A stretch of 61,875 nt of DNA, from IMG/VR virus record IMGVR_UViG_3300005827_000088, positions 1-61,875 of that record; one strand, given 5' to 3'. The notes beneath the pieces were generated by a model that had not been told where the DNA came from, ran no database searches, and worked only from the letters and a program-made list of their open reading frames with translations. The position numbers and the translations under genes are program-made. Origin of the DNA: a virus (Duplodnaviria > Caudoviricetes). The number at the start of each line of letters is the position of its first letter. Position 1 is the first letter of the stretch. This document shows, in pieces, positions 15,902-27,900 of the stretch.

Positions 15902-18900
15902 CTATTCAGCTTCTAAGTCCTTCTTCAACTGCTCCACCTGCTGCGGGGTCACAGTGATGGTGTGGCGCTTCATACCTTCGGTGTAGGCCTTGTGGTACAG
16001 CACCACATTCCGGTACATCTGGTCCTCGGTCTTCTTCAGCATCTCCACACGGCGCCGGCGCGCTTCGTTCGTGTAGTCCGGGTTGGCCTTCGTCTCCTCG
16101 ATCGCCTCGCGGATCTTGGCCGTCGTCACCCTCGTCTTGTGGATCGCGGCCTTCAGGGATACCGCAGCGTAAGCCTCCACATCGTTCTCGGGCAGCTTGT
16201 TCGGGTCATAGTCCTTGCGGTAGATCGACCGCTTGATCTCCTTGAACTCCTCGCCCGACAGCTTCGAGATCTCCATGAACTGCTTGTAGTTCGTGCGCGG
16301 GTCGCGCGCCACGGTGAAGTCCACGCCCAGGCTCTTGATGGTCGCCGTCAGGCCATCCTCCTCGCCCTGCAGCCAGCGCAGCATCTGGCCGACCTGCAGG
16401 GGCTGGGCGTCGCGAATGTTCGCCATGAAGATGGCCGGGAACTGAGAGATGTCCCTGGGGTTCTCGTCGCGCGTGCCCTTGACCAGCGAGAGCGAGCTCT
16501 TGCGGTCAGGATGCTGGACGCTCTTCTTCAGGTCGCTCACGCTCTTGTACGGACGGTCGCGCCAGTCCTGGCCGCTGATGTACGGGGTGATGACGCGCAC
16601 CAGCGGGCTGCCCTTGGCCGACAGGAACCGGCCGAGTTCGAACAGGCGCAGGGGGGCGATCATGAAGCCCGGGAGGTTGAACATGTAGCGCGTACCAGGG
16701 TCGATGTCGATCGGCTCCAGGCCCATGCTCTCGCGCATCTGGTTGACCTTGCGGTACAGACGCGTCACGTCGACCATGGCCCAGCGCAGCCTGGCAGCTG
16801 TGGGCAGGTCGCTCATCTGCTCGCGGTACATCTGGAACGGACCCTCCTCGGAGTCTCCGTTGATGAGCACCTGCGCCAGAAGCGTGGCCGCGGCCGCCGC
16901 GAGCAGTTGCTTCGCCAGGAACACGCGGTAGAACGAATCCCGGCCGGGGGGCGGAGGCATCTCGCCCAAGACCTTGGCGATGACCTTGTCCATGCCCGGG
17001 ATGGCCGCGAACGCAGGCTTCAGCTGGGTGATGGCCCAGTCAGGCGCGAGCATGATGAGGTGCAGGAACTTCGTCAGGTCCGGGTCGCGCCCGGCACGGC
17101 CCAGGTGCTGGCCGCCGAACGCGGTATTTGCGGCGTCCGCCACGATCTCGGCGATCTTGTCGACGTCAGGGGTCCTGCCGCGGGCGATCTCGTGCCGCAA
17201 CTGGTGCATGAAGTAGGTGTAGCCCCACTGGGCCTTGAAGCCAGCGTCGATGGTGGCAAAGAGGAAGTGCTCCGAACGGGAGCGCAGGATCTTCCCCACG
17301 GCTACGGCGTCCGCGGCCTTCTGGGAACCCATGGCGCGGATAAGCGTCTCGAAGATGCCCATGGCCTTGGTCATGTTGTGCCCGGTCATGTCGGCCATGG
17401 TCGGGAAGGTCATGCCCTTGCCCACGAGCTTCTGGATGACGGGGTTGCGTTCCTCGATGAGCTCCAGGCCGCTCAGGATGGCCTTGCGCCAGGACACGGA
17501 GTTCTTGACGCCGCGCAGCATGCCCACGATCCGCTTGGCCGCAGCCTTCTCAGCGACGGCTGTCGGGCGCCCCTTGGCGTCCAGCACGGCCGATCCGTAG
17601 ACCAGGGACCCCAGGATGTCGTGGGGGCCGCCGAAGGTCCAGGAGCGCATCAGGCTCTGGTGATGGAAGAAGTCGCCCAGGAGCATCCATGGCTTGAGCG
17701 TGCCGTTCAGGTACGTCAGGCTCTTGCCCAGGGGCTTGCTGAAGAACTTCCCGGCCTGCGAGGCGGTCATCAGGTTGATGGCGTTCGCGATGGCCGGAGG
17801 GGCGTAGAAGGGCACCTTTTCGAACACGTTCAGGTTCTCGCGGTACTCGACGCGCGCGTCAGTCAGCTGGTCAGCGTAGAGCCTGGCGTCGGCTTCGTTG
17901 TCGAATACGGCCGCGGCGCGCTTGCCCTGGCCGGCGAAGACCGCCCAGGTGACCTCGGGCTGCGTGACGAACAGGCGCCGGGAGTAGTTCCCGATGACGT
18001 CGTTCTTGGCCGCCAGGGTGTCGTTCAGGCCAGGATTGTCACGGATGACCGTCTTCACCGACGCCGTCGGTCTCCACACCTTCAGGGCGGGGGAGCGCAG
18101 CGGAAGCCAGTCGCCGGGGTTCTTCGTCGAGAGCACGCCCACGGCCATGCCGTCCTCGAGGAAGCGTGTGGTCGATGCAATCTTGACCGCGTCGGTCGTG
18201 ATCTCTTTCCAGGAGTTCGTGATGCCGCGGACCTCTGGAGCGAGTTCGTAGCCGTCCTGCATCGCGTCGAGCAGCGTGGGATACTTGCGCCGCATCAGGC
18301 CGGAGGAGAAGGACCGCACCGGGCTGCCGGACGCGCTCGGGGCCCCGGACGATTCCACGGGGCGGTCGTCGGGCGGCGTGAGCTTGCGGAACACATAGTC
18401 CTTGATCGGCTGGCCCTTGAGCTTGCCCAGGCGCTGGAACTCCAGGGTCGTGATGCGGAAGGCCGCTTCCATGTCCTTGTCGACGAAGTCGCGCTGGGCC
18501 GGGGTCAGGTTCTGGGCCTGCTCCAGGTCGCGCAGGAACTCCTGCAGGCGCAACTTGCGGTCACCGCTCCGCTTGCGCAGTTCGGTGGCAGCCCAGGCCT
18601 TGAAGTCGCGGATGCGGTCAGCTGCGGGCATTGGATTTTTGACGTGCGCGGCGTCGCTGTTCTTCAGGTCGCGGTAGATCAGCATGGCCATGTCCAGGCG
18701 CCGGGCCTTGACGGAGTCGTGCGAGACGCCGGCCAGGTCCTGGACCTTCTTCTGGAGATTCTTGAGGTTGACGTTCACGTCGAGCATGGCCCGGTCGTAG
18801 AGCTCGTGCACCTGCAGGGCGAAGGTGCGTTCACCCTCGGTCATGCCCTTCAGTGGGTTCTTGAAGATGGAGAACTGCACCTGGCCCAGGTTTCCGGCCA

Positions 18901-21900
18901 TGTCCGGACGCGTGCGCTGGACACGCTCGCGAAGCGTTTCGCGGTGCTCGCGGTTCAGGGCCTCGTTGACCCTGCGGTCTGCCCTCTCGAAACGCTTGCT
19001 CATGCGGTGTGCACGATTGATGAAGGCCCTGGTCTCGGCGTCCGTCCACTTCAAGGTGTGGCCGAACTTCTCCATGACCTTGCGCAGGAAGTCGCGCACG
19101 GCGGCCACGAAGCGGTCATACCAGCTGCCCTTCTGGTTGGCTTGGCGGGCGAACCACTCCTCGGTCGCCCGGGCACGCCCGTGGCGCGTCTCCAGGTCGA
19201 ACATCCCCCTGTAGTCGCCATTCGCCAGTTCGCGCACGTCGTCTCGGTTGGCTTCGTAGGCCTTGTTCAGGATGCCGTCGATGCGCTCGTTGGCCAGCTT
19301 GAAGCTGCCACCCATGGAGTTGGCGATGTCACGGCGCCACGCATCCACACCGCGATGCAGGTTCTCGTGCATGGCCCCGTCCAGGACGGCCAGGGCTACG
19401 TCCTCACGCCTGAGCATGCGGTCGGCCAGGATGTACATCTTCTTGGTCTGGGGGTCGTAGAGCGCCTCGACCTGGCTGGTGTCCATGGCGCGCTGAATGC
19501 CCATGGAGATCTCTGCCGGCAGGTCGATCCAGGTCGGCACGACCTCCACCATGGTGTGGGGGAACTTGGCCTTCGCGATCTTGTCTACCTCGGCCTGGAC
19601 GTCGGCTACGGTCAGCGTACCCTTCTTTCCCGCTTCGGTCCGGCCCATAGAACTGCTGGGCCTCTGGGTGATGTATGAGGTGCGCTCGACGATCTCGGCA
19701 TCGTCCATGCCTGTCTCAAGCAGGGATTGGCGCATTTCGTCTTCGGTCATCGGCTCGCCGTCAGCCGGATATTTTGCTTCCCATTCCGCACTGCCAGGAA
19801 TCAAGTCGGTGCTCGGAGTATTGAAAGGACCGTCTATCCACTTCCCGTCGGGAGTCTCGTAGAAGCGCATGTCGTCCGCTGCCACAGTCCGGAGACCTTG
19901 CTTCTTCGGTTCCAGGTAGGGCATCCTGTCCGTAATCATCGGGCGGGCTACGGACGGCCACTGGTTTTGGATGGAATCAGCATAGGTTTCGGCCTGCTTT
20001 CTGGTCGGGAAGTAGTCTCCGAGATCTGATGCGTCGACGAAGAAGCGCTTCTTCTGGGCACCCAGTTCTGTAGCGTGATCAGCAACGAAGTCTTCGTAGG
20101 CGACCTTCAGGCCCAGCTTTGACAGTTTCACCGGGTTCGAACGCTTTACGTAGAACGCTGCGATGTCGTCGTTGCTGTAGCCGTTGATGATGCCCAGGCT
20201 GATCGGGGTCTTGGCACTACCCTCAAAGGGCAGATCTTTGCCCGTCGCCTTGTGCACTGTACCGCGTTCGGCCATGGTAACAAATTCATCGAAGGTGGGC
20301 ATCTTCTTGAATATGCCCATGCGACCGCCGTGCAGTAGGGTCAGCCTTTTTTCACCCACTTCCCGCCGACTTTCTTGAAGCCCCGCTTCTCCCAGGACAT
20401 TCCGGCCGCCAACCGCGACAGGCCCTTCGGCTGCGCCTGTTCTTCCGCCAGCTGGCTCGACTCCTCGGGGCGGTACCCGGCTTGCGTCAACATCCGGCCC
20501 AGGGCCTCCGGAGGCAGCATCCCCGCCTTCTCGTACACGGTCGAGATCTCCTGCAATGGATTCGATTTCATCAGCGAACTCCTTGTAGAATTTAGTCGCC
20601 TTGGCTTCCATCGTCGCCAGGCGCAGGTGCCCGAGCAGCATGCTCTGGCGCGCCAACTCAGAGGTGAAACTATCGGAGTGATTGGATTCACGGTTGTGCA
20701 CGTTCTCGTGCAGCAGGGTGTGGACTGACGCCGACCCAAGGATGCGCTCCCTGGATTCGCCGGATTCGACGAGGGCCTTGTACTCATCGGTCTGGATGAG
20801 CGGCTTGTTATTCCACTCACCTTTGGTCATCATGGTGAGCGGGTTGATCGCGATAATCTTCCCCTCTCCAGTCAATCCGGACGGCGCGTGCCATCCATAG
20901 ACCGTATTGTCCAGGGTGATCATCAGCTTTGTGTTCGCGCCAAGGTTCGCGCTGTCGATCATCGCCTTCCAGGTGGAGAGCAGCTTCCCGTAGGATGCAA
21001 AGAACTTTTCATGATTTTCCACCACCTCGCGCGCGCCCTCGACGTCCGGGTACGAGGCCTTGGGGATCAGCACTGGAGTCCCACCCATCACTGGAGCCTT
21101 GGCGATCATCTCGCGGAACTCGGCCACGCGCTCGTCGGTCGCGTTTTTATTGAGCTTCTCTACGTAGTCCTTAATGACCTTGGCGATCTTGTCGCCGACT
21201 CCGGACATCACCACGGTCCGGTTCTTCAGGAACGGGTATTGCCCATGCTCAGGTTCGTGGGTCTTGGTGAAGTCAATCGCCACGCTGAAGTCTGGCTTGA
21301 TGTCGGCTCCAGGTATTCCGATGCCGTTGATGTAGTCGTACTGATCCTGCTTGAGCGCCGGAAGCGGCATACCCTTGCTGTAGACCTGGGCATGGATGAT
21401 GAACTGTCCTCCGAACATCTTCCTTGCAGGCAAGTCGCTCTTAACGAAGTGTACGGTGGCCCTGTTTTCTCCGTCGACGATCTCCACTGAAGGCGTGACT
21501 TTGGGCATGTCGCTCAGGAGGGTTGACTGGTATTCCTTGACCCTGGCGAACATCTTTTCGCCGTTCTCGTCGGCCGGCATCCAGTCGTTGTACCCGTAGT
21601 CGCTCGAACCCTTTTCGGAGTAGTCGTTGATCCCATGAGCAGTGACTTTCAGATTCTTGGTGCGCAGGCCCTTCGCGTATGTCAGCATGGCTGACTCGAA
21701 TGTGCTGGCGTCGTCGTAGTAGATGCCCTCTTCGGATACCCCGGTAGGCATCGTCGCCACGAACATGGTCCCGCGTTCTCCATCCAGGGCGTCCCTGGTG
21801 ATGACGGGGAAATCCCCATCCATGAGTTCGTCGCGGGTTGCCGTAATCTCGGTCGTCTTGCCGCCCTTGGTGGTCCTGACGAACACGTTCTCGGGGTAGA

Positions 21901-24900
21901 ACAGGAAAGCGACCTTAGCCATGCCATAGCCGCCGACGTTGTCTGTCCCGCCCTTGCCCTTGGCGCCGATGGCCAGGAACTTCGTCTTGACGTCCTTGGC
22001 CGTCATGCCAATGCCGTTGTCCTTGATGCCGACCTTGAACGTCTTGTCCTCAGTGCTGCGGATATCGAGAGCTACCTCGACATGCGCATCCTTGGGCCAC
22101 TTGGCATCAATGAGCGAGTCGATGGAGTTCTGGAACAGTTCGCTCACGACGGTGCGCGCCGGGTTCTGGTTCAGGATGTCCTTGCTCAGGATGCGCTTGA
22201 TGAGGCGCGGATCGGTGACGACCTTGGCCCTGCTGGTCTTGGAGAACTGCAGCTGATGTTCGAACTCCAGCTTCCCGTCAACCTCGTGGAATGCCACGCG
22301 GCCGCCTGGGACATCCTGGAAGTAGACCAGGCCGCCGTAGGGCGAGGCTTCCATGTCGTAGCCGTCGCGGCCGTATGCCACACCCTCAGCCATGGCTCGG
22401 GCCAGCGCGACGCGCTCCGGGCCTGATACGCTCGCCCCGGACCGTGCCAGGTCGGCCAGGGCTTCCGGGCTTTCCAGGGCCGACTGGACGGTGGGGACTT
22501 CGGGCTTGCGCTCCGCAGGCGCGCTGGGGGCCTCGTAGCCGCCCATGATGTCTTCGATCACCACACCTTCGGCCGGCGCGTCGAAGTCGAAGGCCTCGAT
22601 GTCGGTGCCCATGCTTGGGATCTTCCCGCTGACCACCGCACCCATGTCCTGCATGCGGCCGCCGACCTTCGCCGCTATGGTGCGCTCGAAGTCGTGGTCG
22701 AGGAACAGCCAGCGCACTTCGGACGGCTTCAGCATGCCCAGGCGCGTCACGCGGCCCAGGACCTGCTTCATCACGGTCGCGGTCCAGGGCATGTTCAGGC
22801 CGATCAGCACACGCTCCGGGTCGCCCGGGCGCCTGGAGTGCAGGGACAGGCCCGTGCCGCCTTTCGCCATGGTCGCCACGAGCAGGGGCTTCTTGTTGTC
22901 CAGCCACTGATCGAGATCCGCATTGGCCGCGTTCTCCGTGCGGTCCCCGGTGAAGATGGCGGTCTTGTCTGCGCCAACTCCATTGACGATGCGGGCCACG
23001 GTGCTCTCCAGCGACTCGTCCAGCCCGGCCTCGTGCAGGGCCTGGGCAACAGCCATCTGGAAGCGCGAGTACGGAGGCTTGCCGGCGTCGCCGCCCATGG
23101 CAGACTGCTCGGCAGCCCAGTCGCGCATGACCTCGGCCATGCCCGGGTAGTCCTTCCCGCTGATCTCTTTCTTAGCCCTGGTCTCGACGAAGATCACGGC
23201 CTGCTTGCCCTGGGCGATGACGTCCTTGGCCTCGGCCACGGCCGCGTCGACCTTGGCGTCCTCCATGATGCGCTTGAGCGTGTTCGTCATGTACCCGGCC
23301 AAGTTGCGCCTGAGCGTGCGGTCCGCCCCAGCGTCCTCGATGGCACGCATCATGGCCTCAGAGAAGTTGTCTGCCAGGGCGACGTTCGCGTCCGTAGGGG
23401 GCACGCTCTTGAGTTCGGTCGTCACCATACCCGGCTCGAGCTTCATCTCGCGCTGGGCCAGCATGCCCTGCTTCTCCAGCCACTGCCTGGCGGCCATGGC
23501 GTTCTCGTTCTGCTTCTGGCGCTCGGCCGGGGTCTGCCCGCGTTCCCATTCAAGGATCTGCTTCTCGCGGCCGCCCTTGATGCGGATCTTGCGCTGGCCG
23601 GCGCCGAACGCCAGGGCGAAGTCGCTGAACGGCGTTCCGCTGATGGCGCGCCCCAGCCCGGTCATTCCTTCGAGCTGATCGAACACGCCGCTCGCTGCGA
23701 TGTACCCCATCTGCGTCGGGTTCTCAAAAGGTGTGGCGGACGCCATGATGTTGAACTTGGCGCTCTTCATGTACTTCTGGCCCAGGTCGGCCCGGGCGGC
23801 TCCGCTCTCTTCGCCGGCGTCGGAGGTGTTCTTGACAGAGTGGCCCTCGTCCCAGGCGATGACGGCCCCGTCGATCTTGATGTCGGAGACCTTCTTGCCC
23901 GCGTGGATCTGGCTCATGTCGGTGTAGGTGATGAACTGCAGGCGGTCATTCAGGCCGAACGGTTCGATGTCGGCCTTGATCTGTTCGATCAGGCGGCGGT
24001 TCTGGGTCACCCAGACGAGCGGTCCCACATGGTTGCGGGCTATCTCCTTGAGTGCGCCGGCGATGACGAAGGTCTTGCCCATGCCGGGGTCGCTGGCCAG
24101 GACGAAGGCGTTCTTGCCGGTTTCGAATGCGGACTTGATCTTTCCGATGTCCGCGACCTGAGCGTCCAGGACATCCTGCGGGATGGCCCCTTCGCCCTTC
24201 TGGATGAGGGATCTCGTCTGCTTCCCAACCAGGTTTTGAGGATATTCAGGAGCGATGCTCGGGAACAGGTCGAGCTTCTGGCGCAGGGCCTTGATCTGGA
24301 TGCCGATGCCCTCGCCGGCCAGGCCTCGACCGCCGACCTTGGTTGGCTCGGCTTCGGGCTTCGGGTTCAGCTTTCCCTTGAAGTCTTCGTACTTCGCGTC
24401 TCTGGCGGAGTTCGCCTGCTCAACAGCTGCAGCAAGAGCGGCCGTGGGATCACCGTCAAACGCACGCCATACCTTGCCGCCGAACTTGACGCCGGGCAGC
24501 GCCTTGATGGCGTCTTTGTTGTCGTAGGTCTTGCCGGAAATCTCCCAGTAGGGCTTGCCGGTCTTCTGCGAAACCTTCTCGGTAACGACCAGGCCGGCGT
24601 CCTTGAGCGTCTTGGACACGACGGGCTTGGGCTTCTGCGGTTCGGCCGCGGGCTTGACGACGCCGGGATCCTTGGCCGGGGCGACAGGGGGCTTCACCTC
24701 GGCCTTGCCCTTCAGCTTGAGCCACTGGTCAGGCGTCTTGACTCTCACCTCATCAAGGGTGAGCTTGCCGTCGGTGTAGGCCTGGGCCACGGCATCGTCG
24801 TACTCGGCCTTCTTGGCATTCCAGGCCTTGAGGTCGCCGCTCTTGACTTCCTTGCCGCCGACGATCTGTGGCGGACTGGGCTTCGGCCCGGCGAACTCGC

Positions 24901-27900
24901 GCAGGGTCATCTCCCAAGGCTCGCGCAGATCCTCTTCGGTCAGGTCCAGGACCGGCTCCTCTTCCTTGGGCAAGGGAACGTCCTTTTCCTTAACTTGCGT
25001 CTCACCTACGGAAACTTTCGGCTCTTGCGTCTCACTTTCAGGCTTTTCCGAGACGCTATCTTCGACCTGGCCCATGGCCTCCTTGTAACTCCTGGGTGCA
25101 CGCTCCTGGGTCTTGTCGTAGTCGCTCATCACGCTGTCTATGATCTTCTGCAGGCCGGTGCGGTCGATTTCGATGCCCGGCATGGTCGGCCGGCTGGTCA
25201 ACTCGCGCAGGGCCTCGGCGTAGCCCTTCCAGGCCGCGGCGAACTCGCGCGGGGTGAAGGTCACCAGCGCGCGGAACTGTTCGGTGACGGTCTTGTTCCC
25301 GCGCAGATCCATGACGTCGGGCATCATGCTCGGCTGCTTCAGGTAGAAGTCCGGCTCGTACTTCCTGGCCGCGCCCTTGTTCTTGTTCATCCAGGCCTGT
25401 TTCTGGGCATTGTAGTCCAGGAACAGCTTGATGACGTCGGACATGGTCTGGCTGACCCAGTTCTCGCCCATGGCCTTGGCATACGCCAGGTGCGGCAGGG
25501 CGAAGTCGAACGTCTTGAGCTCGTCGGCGTTGGCCCGGCGGAAGCGCTGGAGCAGATCGTTGTCGGGGACGACGTAGCCGCGCACGGCGGCCTCGATGGT
25601 GTCCTTACCGTCAGGGGTGAGCTTGCCATCGACGAGGTACTGCGCCCTGTTCTGCAGGTCTAGCACGCCGTCTGTTTCCAGGCCCGGCACGAGTTTCTGG
25701 CTCGCGTGTGGAGAGTCCAGATATCCGCGCAGGGTGTCGTAGCCGGACAGTCCGCTGGCGAACTCCGAGATGGTCTTCTTGGACAGGCCCTTGGCCGCCG
25801 CCACACCTTTGGAGATCTTGTCCTGGCCGGTCATGGCCGGCTTGTTCAGCACGCCGGAGATGCGTCCGAGCTCGCGTGCGTCCTTCTCTCCCAGGTTGAA
25901 GTCGAGCGCGCGCACCAGAACGGGGTGCTTGAAGCGGCCGACGTCCTCCGGATTCAGGCCGAACGCCGCAGCGTCCTCCTTCATGGCGTCGATGTACTGC
26001 TGGTAGCGATCCGGATGCTTGTCGGCCAGGATGTCCAGGACCATCTTGCGGCTGTTGCCGCCCAGGACATAGCCGTCGCGAGTGATAACGCTCGGCCCAG
26101 TCTCGGCCGTAGGCCCGGTGTTGACCAGGTGGCTCGGGTCGAACTTCGCCACGCGGGCGTGCACCTGATCCTGGTGCGTCTGGTCCGTCGCATACGGGCG
26201 ATCCTGCACGCCGGCAGGATAGTCCGGGTTGTCCCGGAACTGTTCCAGAGGATTGTGGCTGGCCTTCAGGTCGCCAAGCTCCCGCAGTTCGTAGTGCACG
26301 GGGAACTTCTCGCCCTTGACTCCGGAGATCGCAGCTACATGCTTGCGCTTTCCTCGGACGGCTCCGTCGGGAGGTCCGGGGACGACGTCTCCTCCGGCTG
26401 CGGATTCGCTCCCAGCGGGCTGGGCGCCCCCAGCCTGGACCGGAGCATCGACTCGGTCAGCGCCCTCGGGTCGCCCGACCGCAGGCCCGACCGGAGCCTG
26501 GACACGTCCTTCAGGTCCTGGGGCTTGCCCGACGGTTTCCACTGGGGCAGGCTGCCCTTGCTGGACGACCGGCTGCTGCGGCCCAGGCCCGGCGACAATG
26601 GGTCCCTGTTCAGGAACGCCTCCGCCGAGGATGCTCCCGTCACCTGGTCTGCCGACTGGTTGAACTTCTGCTCCTGCTTCGCCCGGGCGTCCATTTCCTT
26701 CCGGTGCCAGGACTTCTTGGACTTGCTGCCCATTGGGTGCTCCTTCGCCCGGCATCACCGGGGCATTTGGCTGAGGACCTGTGGAACCTGACGGCTGCAT
26801 GTCCGGGCCAGGAAGAGCTTTCGGAGAGCCAGGCACGGGCGACATCAGGTCAAGAGAGGCATCCTTCGGAGGAGTCGGCTTCATGGATCCGCCCTGGCCA
26901 ACCTGCCAGCTGGGATCTGTCATCTCGCTCTCGAGAGTGCGCGAGTACGGCTCCACACCGAAGGCTTCCTTGAACTTGGCGAAATACGGACGGTCCGCGA
27001 TGCGCAGGGCCACCTCGGTCGGAAGCTCGATGCTCAAGCCTTCCCTGGTGGCCTTGATGATGTCGGCGTTCGTCAGACCGTAGTTCTTCATGTCCTGGAA
27101 CAGCGCGTAGTCTTCGGGACCCAGGCCGCCACGGGCTTCGGAACTGGCGCCCATGATGTCGCGCACCTTCGTCGGGGAGAAGTAGACCTTCTCGGGCACG
27201 CCAGTCGTCTTGACGATGTGCCGCGTCAGGGCGTTAATCTCATTCCCGCCGTACTGGCCCAGGGTGTGCGCGCCGGCCGCGGCCGCCTCGAACGCCGCGA
27301 ACAGTTTGATGTTCTCCCAGGCCGTCTGAGGGTCCTGGGGGAGCGAGTACAGCGCGCCGGTCGCGGCACCATGCAGTGCGCGCCCAGCCAGCTGGCCTTC
27401 GACGCTGGCCATGGCAGCCGGGCGGAGCAGGGAGAACGCAGGTTGTGCTGCCGCGCTCACCGCCATGCCGGACGGGATGAGCAGGGCCATGTCACCGGCC
27501 ATCTGTGCGGTACCGCGCATAGTGCCCAGCACGCCGATGCCGCCGACATTCGTCCGCGGGTCGATGCCAGTCTGCCCGGCCGTCTTGCTGGCGATGTCCT
27601 GATAGAACTTCGCCGTCGCGCTCTCGCGACCGAAGCCAGCCCCGGCCAGGCCGGCCATGGCGTCTTCGACGAGCATCTTGCCCATGTTCGCGACATGGTA
27701 GGCGTCGCGCAGCACGCTCCGCTTACCCTCCTCGTCGTACTCAGGAGCGATCTGCCCTGCAGGGCCTTCGGTGACGGAGTAGTCAGGGCCGAACGTCTTG
27801 GGGGTCTCGGTCAGGCTCTCGGCATTGGCCTTCTGCTTGGCCGCCTCCTGCCGTCCGACGTCCGCCGTGGCACCCATGATCGTGGGGCTGGCCGCAGCAC

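Noticed and set aside
15962-25663. Very long plus-strand ORFs (1238 aa at 15962-19678, 989 aa at 22694-25663)
   Set aside because: Antisense shadows of the giant gene, expected with high GC3 codon bias; no RBS or motifs.
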